DNA of 59,175 nucleotides, counting the filler, from Candidatus Woesearchaeota archaeon (GTDB lineage: Archaea > Nanobdellota > Nanobdellia > Woesearchaeales > GCA-2685855), in assembly GCA_002685855.1 (NCBI GenBank). It is 4 parts of 4 records of this genome, joined end to end, with 100 filler letters (N's around TTAATTAATTAA, not from the genome) between each part and the next. Parts side by side here need not be neighbours in the genome. Positions count along the whole stretch, not along the records: positions 1 to 13,777 come from NYYS01000035.1; positions 13,878 to 41,257 come from NYYS01000036.1; 2 more parts are not named here. One strand, given 5' to 3'. Positions within the stretch are counted from its first letter, which is position 1, and each line of letters starts with the position of its first letter. Made by a program: the position numbers and the translations under genes. Shown piece by piece: positions 8,852 to 19,500 of this stretch. The notes under the pieces were generated by a model. That model was given only the letters and a program-made list of their open reading frames with translations, was not told the origin of the DNA and did not search any database.

Positions 8852-9051
8852 CCTAACACCTTCATCAGAATCCCTCCAACAAGGACGATTCCTATGGTGA
8901 TAGCCGCAACTGGAAGAACCGACCACCCAGAAGGAATCTTATTGAGAAAACTCAGAACCCCATAGAGGATTGTAGTAAAAAGAAGATAGGAAAAGATAAA
9001 ACCCACTTTTTCTCCAAATTTTTCAACCTCTTTATTTTGCTCAAAAATCAT
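8848..9051 (-). CDS. Small two-TM membrane protein, first gene of the carbamoyltransferase operon
   Basis: 67 aa with two hydrophobic helices; stop codon overlaps the next ATG. Confidence 0.65.
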   Translation of the reverse strand: MIFEQNKEVEKFGEKVGFIFSYLLFTTILYGVLSFLNKIPSGWSVLPVAAITIGIVLVGGILMKVLG

Positions 9052-9211
9052 CTTATCGTCGCAAATAACTGTTGCTTTATAAATTTAATCAAGCCCTTTT
9101 GTTATCAACTCGCCAAATTTAAAAGAGGTTTATAAACCTTATAAGCAACACTGAGAATCCTTTTTAAACACTTTTAAGAAAGTTTATATACCCTTTGAGT
9201 TCAGGGAAGGA

Positions 9212-10093
9212 ATGTCGAAAAAACACATCGAGTCAAAACTGGTTCTCGAAGGCAGAGATCTCTATGCTTTGGAAGAAGAGGAAGAGATCGTAGACAAAGA
9301 AATCCAGGTCCTACTGAAAAAGATTGTACAGAGTAAAAAAGAAAAAAAAGATTCTCTGACAGAAGAACTCCAGGGAGAGATAAGAGACTGTGTAAAACGT
9401 CTTATCTCTGATGTTGAGATGGTTCTTAAAGAGCTTGAACAAGCAAAAAAAGAAGCAGAACTCGAAGAACTTCAAAAACTTAAACAGATAAAAGAGCTCA
9501 TAAACGAAGAATCAGAAGTAGATGATCTTCTTGAAAAGAAATTCCTTGAACTCGAAGAACACATCCAACACAGAATTGGAGCGGATGTTCACAAGTATGT
9601 AGAGGGAGAAAAAAGACTTATAAAAGGAGATGCTCCACGAGGATATATTATTAAAAAACTTCTCAGCGCCAAACAACTAGATCTGGATGTTAAAGAAACA
9701 TCCCAGAAATTGGTACTTGATGAAAAAAAGGAAAAAGACCTCTTTCTCCTCATCCAAGAACTCATAGACGAACACAAAGGGACCATTTCAAACCAGCAAG
9801 AGATCAGAAGAAAGATCATAAAACTCATAGAGATGTATAAAAAAAACTTTGACCAGTTTCTTAATATCGAAGTAGACATAGAGATCGAACAAGCCCACAA
9901 AATTCATCGCATCGACCAATATATCCTCTTTCTGAAAAAACTAAACATGGAAACCTTTTGTGAACAGCTTGAACAACTCAAAGATCGAACCTCTTTCTGG
10001 GTCTACCAGGACTTTCAGGATGCTGAAAAAATGGAGCTCTTCACCAAAACCATGGACCGGCATTTAAAAGAGCTTATAGAGGAGAGACACTAA
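9212..10093 (+). CDS. Hypothetical coiled-coil protein
   Basis: 293-aa E/K/L-rich helical ORF with a TTTATATA box about 28 nt upstream. Confidence 0.75.
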   Translation: MSKKHIESKLVLEGRDLYALEEEEEIVDKEIQVLLKKIVQSKKEKKDSLTEELQGEIRDCVKRLISDVEMVLKELEQAKKEAELEELQKLKQIKELINEESEVDDLLEKKFLELEEHIQHRIGADVHKYVEGEKRLIKGDAPRGYIIKKLLSAKQLDLDVKETSQKLVLDEKKEKDLFLLIQELIDEHKGTISNQQEIRRKIIKLIEMYKKNFDQFLNIEVDIEIEQAHKIHRIDQYILFLKKLNMETFCEQLEQLKDRTSFWVYQDFQDAEKMELFTKTMDRHLKELIEERH

Positions 10094-10123
10094 CTTTTTA
10101 AATACGATCGCTTTCTCAACCGT

Positions 10124-11962
10124 ATGGTTACAAAAAAGGCAAAAAAAGAGCTCTGTATGCTCCCTGACACGAGTGTTATAGTCGAAGGACTCCTGAGTAG
10201 GCTCATTGAAAAAAATGAGATAGCCCCAACAACAATCTATATTCCCGAAGCAGTTATTGCAGAACTTGAAGCACAGGCAAATAAGAATCGCGAAGTTGGC
10301 TATTTAGGGCTTGAAGAGGTTCGTAAATTACGTAAGTTAGCAAAAAAGAAGAAGTTTACTATCTCCTTTGTTGGAGTTCGCCCAAGCGAATTCCAGATCA
10401 GGAGAGCGAAAGAAGGAGAGATTGATTCCCTTATCCGTGATCTCGCAGGAGAACTCAAAGCCACCCTTGTATCAGCAGATAAAGTACAAAGCCTGGTAGC
10501 AGAGTGCAAAGGAACAAACGTCATTCTCTACGAAGCAGAAAAAATCGAAACAAAACTGAAACTCGAAGAATATTTTGACAAAAAAACAATGAGTGTTCAC
10601 ATCCGAGAAGACCGTCAGATCTTTGCAAAGAAAGGAAAACCTGGCAATTGGGAATTTAAAGCCATCACCCGGAAGGCTCTTTCAAGAACAGACATCCAGA
10701 ATCTGGCAAAAGAGATTATAGAGACAACAAAGCGATCTCCTAAAGGATACATAGAACTCGACAGACGAGGAAGCACAATAATCCAACTTGAGAGATGCCG
10801 CATTGTTATCACGCGTCCACCATTCTCAGACGGCTATGAAATAACCGCAGTACGGCCAATCGCTAAACTCTCACTACCAGACTACAAGCTCTCAGAAAAA
10901 CTAAAAAAACGAATTCTGGAACAAGCAGAAGGAATCCTTGTAAGCGGAGCACCCGGAAATGGAAAAAGCACCTTTGCTGTCGCCCTTGCCGAAACCTATG
11001 CCAAACAGGGAAAGGTTGTCAAGACCCTGGAAGCTCCACGTGATCTTGAACTTGATGAGCAAATAACCCAATACTCCATAAGCCAGGGCTCTCCAGCAGA
11101 ATTGCAAGACATCCTTCTTCTCACCCGACCCGATTACACAATCTTTGATGAGATGCGAAAAACAGAAGACTTCCACCTCTTTTCTGATCTCCGCCTATCA
11201 GGCGTTGGCATGGTGGGAATCGTCCACGCAACCCAAACAATAGATGCAATCCAACGATTTCTAAGCAGACTTGAACTAGGAGTCATTCCTCATGTTGTAG
11301 ATACAGTGATATTTATTGAAGCAGGAAAAATTCAGGAAGTCTATTCTGTTTCCCTCGATGTAAAAGTTCCCACAGGAATGTCAGAAGCAGATCTGGCACG
11401 CCCTGTTGTTTCAATCAGAGACTTTGAAACAGACAAACTCAAATTCGAAATATACACATTCGGAGAACAAACAGTAGTCATACCCATCAAAGAAGGCCAG
11501 AAAACAGATTCAATAACACAATTAGCAGAAGAACAGATCAGGAAAATATTCGAACGTCATACAGAGATAGCCAAAGCAGAGATCGTTGGACCCAACCGAG
11601 CAGCAATCTACGTTCCAAGCCATGCAAAAGCAGGCATTATCGGAAAAAATGGCTCCCGCATTGAAGAATTCGAAAAACAGCTCGGCCTAAGCATCGATGT
11701 CCGTGATCTTGAAGAAATCCCTGATTCCAACAACCACAAAGAGCTCCCCTTTCATGTTAAAGTCACAAAAAAATCGATCTCGTTCATCCTTGATGAATCA
11801 GCAGCCAACACAGACGTCGACATCTATATCGGAGAAGACTGTGTTGTCCACGCACACGCGAGCAAGCACGCAATAATTAAGATGACAAAAACAAATTTCA
11901 CCGGGAAACAAATTCTCGCTGCACTCAACAAAGGAAAGGATATCTTCTGTTATCCCAAATAG
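10124..11962 (+). CDS. PIN-domain ATPase with KH domain (PINA/MJ1533 family)
   Basis: N-terminal PIN (LPDTSVIVEG), Walker A GAPGNGKST, RPDYTIFDEMR, and KH motif IIGKNG. Confidence 0.92.
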   Translation: MVTKKAKKELCMLPDTSVIVEGLLSRLIEKNEIAPTTIYIPEAVIAELEAQANKNREVGYLGLEEVRKLRKLAKKKKFTISFVGVRPSEFQIRRAKEGEIDSLIRDLAGELKATLVSADKVQSLVAECKGTNVILYEAEKIETKLKLEEYFDKKTMSVHIREDRQIFAKKGKPGNWEFKAITRKALSRTDIQNLAKEIIETTKRSPKGYIELDRRGSTIIQLERCRIVITRPPFSDGYEITAVRPIAKLSLPDYKLSEKLKKRILEQAEGILVSGAPGNGKSTFAVALAETYAKQGKVVKTLEAPRDLELDEQITQYSISQGSPAELQDILLLTRPDYTIFDEMRKTEDFHLFSDLRLSGVGMVGIVHATQTIDAIQRFLSRLELGVIPHVVDTVIFIEAGKIQEVYSVSLDVKVPTGMSEADLARPVVSIRDFETDKLKFEIYTFGEQTVVIPIKEGQKTDSITQLAEEQIRKIFERHTEIAKAEIVGPNRAAIYVPSHAKAGIIGKNGSRIEEFEKQLGLSIDVRDLEEIPDSNNHKELPFHVKVTKKSISFILDESAANTDVDIYIGEDCVVHAHASKHAIIKMTKTNFTGKQILAALNKGKDIFCYPK

Positions 11963-11973
11963 AACAACATAAA

Positions 11974-12357
11974 TTAATCATGATTAAGCAATTCTAAAAA
12001 CCTCAGAAAGTCCTGAGGGAGTTTGTAGATGTGATCGTGTAATTCCCCCTCTTCTTCATAGGATAGCTCGCGTAAGTTTGCAATAACAACAGCCAGCTTT
12101 TGTCGAGCTTCATGCTTCATCCGTTTATGTACAATGTCTTTCTCTAATTCCTCATACGTAAACTCATAATCAATTCCATAATATCCCTTAACAAAATCAC
12201 GAAAAATGGCACCAATATTTTGTCTAGTCTTCTTTTTACTATGGTTTTTTAGAAGCTTCTCAAGCTGTTTCAGTGTTTCAGCTTTTGTCTCCTGTCTTTT
12301 TGTAACAGGAATTACAACTTCTTTCTCTCTCTTGAATAGGGTAAATGGCCAAAACAT
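11974..12357 (-). CDS. Hypothetical protein
   Basis: 127-aa ORF with AGAGG upstream of the ATG; divergent from the MoxR gene. Confidence 0.65.
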   Translation of the reverse strand: MFWPFTLFKREKEVVIPVTKRQETKAETLKQLEKLLKNHSKKKTRQNIGAIFRDFVKGYYGIDYEFTYEELEKDIVHKRMKHEARQKLAVVIANLRELSYEEEGELHDHIYKLPQDFLRFLELLNHD

Positions 12358-12557
12358 AGCCTCTCATAGAAAGAAAGCATTTTTAAACTTTTTGATATTG
12401 AGAATTCATATACCTGTTTGCAGAACATAAAGAAGTAGCTCACTACACTCCCCGACCTCTTTTTTACTTATCCATTCTGGAGTGATTACAATGATTTAAA
12501 TATTCAAAGATCTAAAACACCTAATTATTCACACTAAACTGGGAGGTTAAGGGGAGT

Positions 12558-13541
12558 ATGACACGTACAACAAAACAACAGATCATTCCAATCTATCAAA
12601 AGATACAACAAATCAAAAAAGAAGTAGCAAAAGCAGTTGTTGGACAAGAGACGATTGTCGACGGTATAATTCGAGGCCTACTGGCTGACGGTCACATTTT
12701 GATTGAGGGAATTCCGGGTATAGCCAAAACACTGATTGCCCGTGCAATAGCCACCACAATACGCTGTGACTTCAACAGAATTCAGTTCACAGTTGACCTT
12801 CTTCCAACAGACATCACAGGAATAACAGCCTATGACAAGAATAGAGGCTTTTACACAGTAAAAGGACCCATCTTTGCCCGGATTGTGATGGCAGACGAAA
12901 TAAACAGAGCACCTCCCAAAACCCAGTCAGCTCTTCTTGAAGCAATGCAGGAAAATCAGGTCACGATCGGAAAAAAGACCTACGGGATTGGAAAACCGTT
13001 CTTTGTAATTGCCACGGAAAACTCCTTTGAAAGTGCCGGAACCTATCCTCTTCCTGATGCACAGACAGATAGATTTCTCTTTAAAGTACTCATAGATTAT
13101 CCAAACGAAAAAGAGGAAAAACTCATCCTTGATACAAACATCACCCTTGCAAAATTTGAGGATTTTAAAATTAAGGGAGTTATCTCAGCAAACGATATTA
13201 ACCGATTCCAGAAAATCGTACAAAATGTCTACACAGAAGAAAAAATAAAAGATTATCTCGTCCGCATTGTGTCAACAACACGAAACACCGAAAAAGTGGA
13301 TCTTAAATACGGACGCTACATCCAGCAGGGAGCATCACCTCGTGCATCAATAGGACTCTATATTGCCTCAAAAGCAGAAGCCGTTCTTCGTGGACATTCC
13401 TATGTGACACCACAACATGTGAAAAATGTTGCAGCAGATATCTTACGACACAGAATCCGGCTTACGTATGAAGCACAGGCAGAAGGAATCACACCCGAAG
13501 TTGTCATACAGGATATTCTTGCAAAAGTAAAAGTTCCATAA
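12558..13541 (+). CDS. MoxR-family AAA+ ATPase
   Basis: HILIEGIPGIAKT, RIQFTVDLLPTDITG, ADEINRAPPKTQSALLEAM and GASPRAS. Confidence 0.95.
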   Translation: MTRTTKQQIIPIYQKIQQIKKEVAKAVVGQETIVDGIIRGLLADGHILIEGIPGIAKTLIARAIATTIRCDFNRIQFTVDLLPTDITGITAYDKNRGFYTVKGPIFARIVMADEINRAPPKTQSALLEAMQENQVTIGKKTYGIGKPFFVIATENSFESAGTYPLPDAQTDRFLFKVLIDYPNEKEEKLILDTNITLAKFEDFKIKGVISANDINRFQKIVQNVYTEEKIKDYLVRIVSTTRNTEKVDLKYGRYIQQGASPRASIGLYIASKAEAVLRGHSYVTPQHVKNVAADILRHRIRLTYEAQAEGITPEVVIQDILAKVKVP

Positions 13542-13549
13542 TAATCACG

Positions 13550-13777
13550 ATGAGACCTATCAAGTTAACGATCGATCCAGCCCTTAAAGAGCTGGAGCTT
13601 GCAGCAAAACACGATGTTGCCACGCAAGTCATGGGTAAATATAAGTCTGTCTTCAAAGGAAGAGGACTCGAGTTTGACAGCTACAAAAATTATACCACTC
13701 AGGACGACGCATCTCTCATAGATTGGAAAGCAAGCATGCGAGCAAACAATCTTCTCTTAAAACAATTTGTGGAAGAA
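13550..13777 (+). CDS. DUF58 family protein (truncated by contig end)
   Basis: SVFKGRGLEFDSYKNY..DDASLIDWKAS motif; standard MoxR partner. Confidence 0.88.
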
Positions 13778-13877
13778 NNNNNNNNNNNNNNNNNNNNNNN
13801 NNNNNNNNNNNNNNNNNNNNNTTAATTAATTAANNNNNNNNNNNNNNNNNNNNNNNNNNNNNNNNNNNNNNNNNNNN
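13778..13877. other. Artificial contig linker (44N-TTAATTAATTAA-44N)
   Basis: Six-frame-stop spacer, identical at three places in the window. Confidence 0.98.
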
Positions 13878-14938
13878 AACGGCTTCCTCAACACCAACTT
13901 CACCAACAACCACAACGGACGCTCCCGCGACTCCTTCCTCAACACCTTTCGAACACCCGAACTGTCCAACATCATCCCCAACAAAACAAAATCCTTTCTG
14001 CTAAACCGATCCAACATCCGGTTCAACACATAGTGCAGCCATAAATCCGTTCCAATACTCCGCCTCCACTCATTCTCATAACTTCTCCCCTCATCAACCG
14101 CCCTAGCTAAAGCCCTCCCACAAACAAGAGAAGGAATAATTCCTCCACCCGTCGTGTTCTTAATCTGACAAGCAGCATCCCCCACCAAAAACACCCTTCC
14201 TCTACACCGACGCATCCCTGACTTATACACTGGAATAGGCCCTCCCTGCTGTTCCATCACCTTCTTCACCTTCAACACCTTACAAAACCGTTCAAACTCC
14301 TGATACCCTTTCTTCCGCGTTGCAAGACCAACCCGCGCAATCCCCTCTTCCTCCGGCACAGCCCATGCAAAAAACTCTGAACAAAACCCCAGATACACAT
14401 GATAACAATCCGCCTCAATATCCATCTCAACACGCGCCTGCACCCCATGCAAAAACTCTCGACCCTGCCACAATCCCGACCGCTTTGCAACAATGCTTCC
14501 TGCCCCATCAGCCCCAATCAGAACATCCTGTTCAATTCGTTCCTCCTTTCCCTGAGACCGCACCAAGATATCCTTACCCCCCTTCCCCACATCAACAACC
14601 TTACATCCAACCCGAAGTTCAACCCCCTCCTGCAACGCCAGCTCTGCCAGATACTCATCCAGCAACCTTCGATTCACAATAATCTCCGGCCGCTTCAACC
14701 GAATCAGAATACTCCTCCCTCCAGGAAAATGCACCCGCACCTTCCGGATGATATTTGTAATAAAATCAGGATGCTCTTCCACCAGATCCCTGAATTCGCC
14801 TGTCAGAACGCCTGTACACTGTACTGGCTCCCCCGCCCGAGAATGCTCCTCAAACAAGGTAACCCTATGACCTGCCCGAGCCAAATACTGTGCAGCAGTA
14901 GCCCCTGCAGGCCCACAACCAATAACAGAGATCTTCAT
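13878..14938 (-). CDS. Geranylgeranyl reductase-family FAD oxidoreductase (3' truncated)
   Basis: VIGCGPAG, PVQCTG, LIGADG, FFAWAVP and VGDAACQIKNTTGGGI. Confidence 0.88.
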
Positions 14939-15059
14939 ACAAAAAGTAATCCCAACTCATTTTAAAACCTTCTCAAAGATGCTTCTACTTAAAAATAGTG
15001 ACGCTTACGAAAGATTTAAATACAATTGCTACTACTTGACAGGAGAGGTGACGTTCCCT

Positions 15060-16502
15060 ATGGATAATAACAAACCGCTCGACAATACCATCAACAATTC
15101 TAAAGAGAATCATAACAAAGAGAATCAGAACACATTAGATAAAAAACTCAGTCACACACCTATCCGAAGAACCGCAACCAGAATAGCCACCTTAGCAACA
15201 GGATTAACCCTTCTCACAACAGCACTTATAGGAGCACCCACTCCAAGCTATGCACATGCGTTCCCTCCACCTGCCCCATCAGGACCTGCACCTTCTCCTC
15301 CAGGTCCAGCTCCATCACCAAGTCCCGCTCCCGCACCATCATCAGTCATACCTACATGGCCGGGCTGTAAAAACACCGATCATTCCCGCTACGACCTCGC
15401 ACATTTCCAATCCCATCTTGTTCTTCATGGAGGAGCTACCTACTTTATAGTTTCAGGAGGAGCACAAGCAAGCTCACTATATGATATTGTAGAAATGGAT
15501 GCAAACATAAACATTCCTGCCCATGGAGATCCAGGATTAGGAAGAGGTATAGTTCCTTATTTACAAAATTATGTAAATGAAAAAGCGGGTTTGCTCATTA
15601 ACGAAACCAATACACACGGAATTCTTCACAATGGAAGTCCCTTTCCACTAACAATAACTCCTTCTGGAACAAGGAAGGGAAAAATAAGTCATTGTGGGAA
15701 AGATATTGAAATCACATATCAGGTTTATGATATGAGAGATGCAACCGGAAAAAAGTATGTCATCCAACCAGGAGATGCAATACGTCTTACATCTGATATG
15801 GCATCTCGCTTTAGAATAGGATCCGCCTCTCCACTCCCAGGAACTGCACCACCCACAACAGATCCAGGAACAACTACACCATCAACCCCTGAAACACCAG
15901 ACTCAACTGTTGATGTCAGAAAACTCAGAAAAGAATTTGATCAACATCGAGGAAAATTCAAACGCATCCATCCAGACAGAAAAAAATACCTTGTCGGTGC
16001 AGGACCCCTCCTCTTCAACCCCTTAGAACAGCCCGAAGGAGGATACGACACTCACGGCGTACTCACCTTTGGTTGGGATAGCATCATGCTCCACCTCGGC
16101 TATGGCTCAAACGATCAAACAACAATCTTTCACAACAAAGAAACACCTGTAAGCAAACTCTATGTTGAAAACCAGACCGATGCAGCAACATGGGCAGCAG
16201 GACTCTCCTGGCTTCCCTTCCAGAACAACCATGTAGCAGCAGGTATTGCAGCAAGATTCTTCATCACAAACTCAACAACCAACCAAGTAGGATTCGAAGA
16301 GGTCTATGACAGATACGGACTCGTTGAGAAACATGACCCCATCAACATCCCTGGAGAAAAAGAAAACCAGAACACAGGCGCAATCGGACCTGAATTTGTC
16401 GGCTACCTTGGAGAAAACTGGGGAATCAGATTTGCACCACTTATCACAATCGGAGAAAACACAGACATGGCCTATGAAGCAGGCGTTTTTGTCCGCTTTT
16501 AG
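15060..16502 (+). CDS. Secreted Pro-rich protein with a beta-barrel-like C-terminal domain ending in Phe
   Basis: GGAGAGGTGA RBS; signal-like segment ending SYAHA; PAPS repeats; amphipathic beta-strands ending YEAGVFVRF. Confidence 0.7.
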   Translation: MDNNKPLDNTINNSKENHNKENQNTLDKKLSHTPIRRTATRIATLATGLTLLTTALIGAPTPSYAHAFPPPAPSGPAPSPPGPAPSPSPAPAPSSVIPTWPGCKNTDHSRYDLAHFQSHLVLHGGATYFIVSGGAQASSLYDIVEMDANINIPAHGDPGLGRGIVPYLQNYVNEKAGLLINETNTHGILHNGSPFPLTITPSGTRKGKISHCGKDIEITYQVYDMRDATGKKYVIQPGDAIRLTSDMASRFRIGSASPLPGTAPPTTDPGTTTPSTPETPDSTVDVRKLRKEFDQHRGKFKRIHPDRKKYLVGAGPLLFNPLEQPEGGYDTHGVLTFGWDSIMLHLGYGSNDQTTIFHNKETPVSKLYVENQTDAATWAAGLSWLPFQNNHVAAGIAARFFITNSTTNQVGFEEVYDRYGLVEKHDPINIPGEKENQNTGAIGPEFVGYLGENWGIRFAPLITIGENTDMAYEAGVFVRF

Positions 16503-16523
16503 AAACACCAACGGGGTGAACAT

Positions 16524-19500
16524 ATGAAAGAAAAACTAACAATCGCATTCGTCCTTATCACACTACTTATTACACCAATAGTTCTAGCATCCTTAGCAAC
16601 AGGTGACTGGACAGAAAACCTCGAAACAGAAATCACCATCACCGAAGGAGAATCAGCAGAGTTCGAATTCCGCATCCAGGCACTCTCAGGAACACCCTAC
16701 ACAGTCATACTCTTCGATGACTCAGAACAAGAACTCCATACCTTTGCAGAAGGAATCACCCGTGCAAACTTCGCCCGGGGAACAGAAACCGTTCTCCCCT
16801 CACACTATCAAACACCCGGAAGCTACTATGTACACATCTGGGTTGGCGATGACGGATACGGACCCGATGTACAAATCCTCGACCTCACAGTAAGAGAAGA
16901 AGGACAAACAAACAATCCACCCAACCTCGAAGACCCAGACGACGTCACTGTTACCGAAAACGATCTCGTAACCATAGACATCTATGCATCAGACATTGAT
17001 TTAGACACCTTAGACTATTCAACAGACGCCCTCTTCGGCTCTCTCAGAAAGATATCCAACGAACACGCACAATTCACCTGGCAAACAACGATAGGAGACA
17101 AAGGAATCTACCTCGTCACCTTCACCGTAGACGATGGAAACAACGGAACAGACTCAGAAACCGTACGAATCACCGTCAACGAATTCATCCAGCCAAACAG
17201 ACCACCCACATTAAACAAGGACATCGAAGACCAGGAATGGAACGAAGATACCTCAACAACAATAGATCTTGATGATTATTTTAGTGATCCTGATTTTGAC
17301 ACCCTGGAATATTCTGCAACTCCTGTTCAGAATATTGATATAAATATTGTTGGAAGTATTGCTACGCTCACTCCTGACGCAAACTTTAACTATGTAGAGA
17401 ACGGACTCAGATATACAACCTTTACAGCAGACGATGGCCAATACAAAACCAACTCGAACGTTGTAACCCTAAAAGTCCTCCCTGTAAACGATGCCCCAGT
17501 CATAACAAATATTCCCGGAGAAACTGTCCAAGCCCCAGAAAGATTTGCAACTTTTGATCTTGACGACTTTGTCTCTGACGTCGATCACAACGATAATCAA
17601 CTCGATTGGGAAGTCTCTGGAAACACCGAACTCGATGTCCAGATCAGCAATAGTCATATTGTAACCATAATCTATCCAAACGGTTTCACCGGTTCAGAAA
17701 CACTTACATTCACCGTAACCAATCCTGAGGATGCCTCTGATTCCGATACTGCAACATTTACAGTAACAGAAGAAGATAACAATCCTCCAGTATTTGATGG
17801 CCCCATTCCACCAATCGAATGGAACGAAGACACTAGTACAACAATCGATCTTGATGACTATTTCAGCGATCCCGATCAAGACCCCTTAATCTATACTGCA
17901 ACTCCAACTGCTAATATAGATATAGATGTGTTTGGAAGTATTGCTACACTAACTCCTGATGTAAACTTTAACTATGTAGAGAACGGACTCCGTTTCACTA
18001 CCTTCACAGCTGATGATGGCGAATATAAAGTGAACTCCAACATCGTAGAACTGAAAGTCCTCCCTGTAAACGATGCACCCGTCATAACAAATATTCCCGG
18101 ACAAACTGTCCAAGCACCAACCGAATTCGCAACATTCGATCTTGACGACTTTGTGTCAGACATAGATCACAACGATAACGAGCTTGAATGGGAAGTTACA
18201 GGTAACACAGAACTCGATGTCGAGATAAGCAGATTCAATGTCGTAACTATTACCTACCAAGAAGGATTTTCAGGCAGCGAAGTCCTAACCTTCACAGTTA
18301 CCGATCCTGAAGAGGCCTCTGATTCAGATACAGCAACCTTCACAGTAACAGAAGAAGCAAACCAGCCTCCAGAGTTCAACAGTCCTATTCCTGAGCAGGA
18401 ATGGAACGAAGACACAGCAACCACCCTAGACCTCGACGACTACTTCAGCGACCCCGATCATGATCCTTTAATCTATACTGCAACCCCTGTACAAAACATC
18501 GATATCGACATCCAAGACAATATCGCAACACTAACTCCTGATGCAAACTTCAACTATGAACTAAACGGACTTAGATACACAACCTTCACAGCAGATGACG
18601 GCCAATACAAAACCAATTCAAACATCGTAACCCTGAAAGTCCTCCCGGTAAACGACGCACCAACAGCAGACTTCACCTGGGATCCACAAAACCCTGAAGT
18701 AAACGAACCCATATCATTCGACGGATCACTCTCATCAGACATAGATGGAGACACCCTCACCTATGAATGGGACTTTGACGATGACGGCGAACCAGACGCA
18801 TTCACAGAAAAACCCACACATACCTACACCGAACCAGGCCAATATCCCGTAACACTCAACGTCTCTGACGGAGAACTCTGGGATGAATCAATCCAGATAG
18901 TCTTCGTAGGAGGAGAACTCGAAATCACCTCAATCGAATGCTTCGACATCCTCGTAGAAGGATTCAACCAGTCCTGTTCAGTATACGTAGAAGCAAACAA
19001 CGTTCCACTCGGAGAAGCAGATGTAGACGTCTACTATACTGTAGAAGGAAATCCAACCTACCTCGGATCCTGCACAACCAACAACATATCAGGAGGCTGT
19101 TCTGTAAAAAACGAAATCAATATCACAGGAAACTTCACAGCATATGCAGAAGCACACAAACTCGGCTACACACCAGACACAGACAAAGACCCTGACTTCG
19201 ACTTCCAGGTCATCTCACATAGATACGATATTGAAAACCTTAAACTCTTCAACGACTCCCAATTCACTCAGGAAGACTACGACTACTTCAGAGGCGAACC
19301 ATTCTGGGCAAGCTTCTCAGTACGAGACAAACTCACAGGATTCCTCGTCGACGACATCGTTACAGAAGTAGAACTTGTCTCAGATCCAGGCGGAAGAATC
19401 GACCTCGAGGAAATCACCGGCCTCCAACAACCCGGCTTCTACTACTATGAACTCGAGATGATCCCACTCACCCACGACTTCCTAGGAGAAAGCCACACAT

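Noticed and set aside
13778..13877. TTAATTAATTAA palindrome flanked by Ns, three copies
   Set aside because: Synthetic concatenation linker, not biological. Gene neighbourhoods across linkers (e.g. TadC-like gene beside pilins) were not treated as real synteny.
17200..18660. CRISPR array or diversity-generating retroelement repeats
   Set aside because: Long in-frame coding duplications without spacers or adenine-specific variation; no cas or reverse transcriptase gene recognised in the window.
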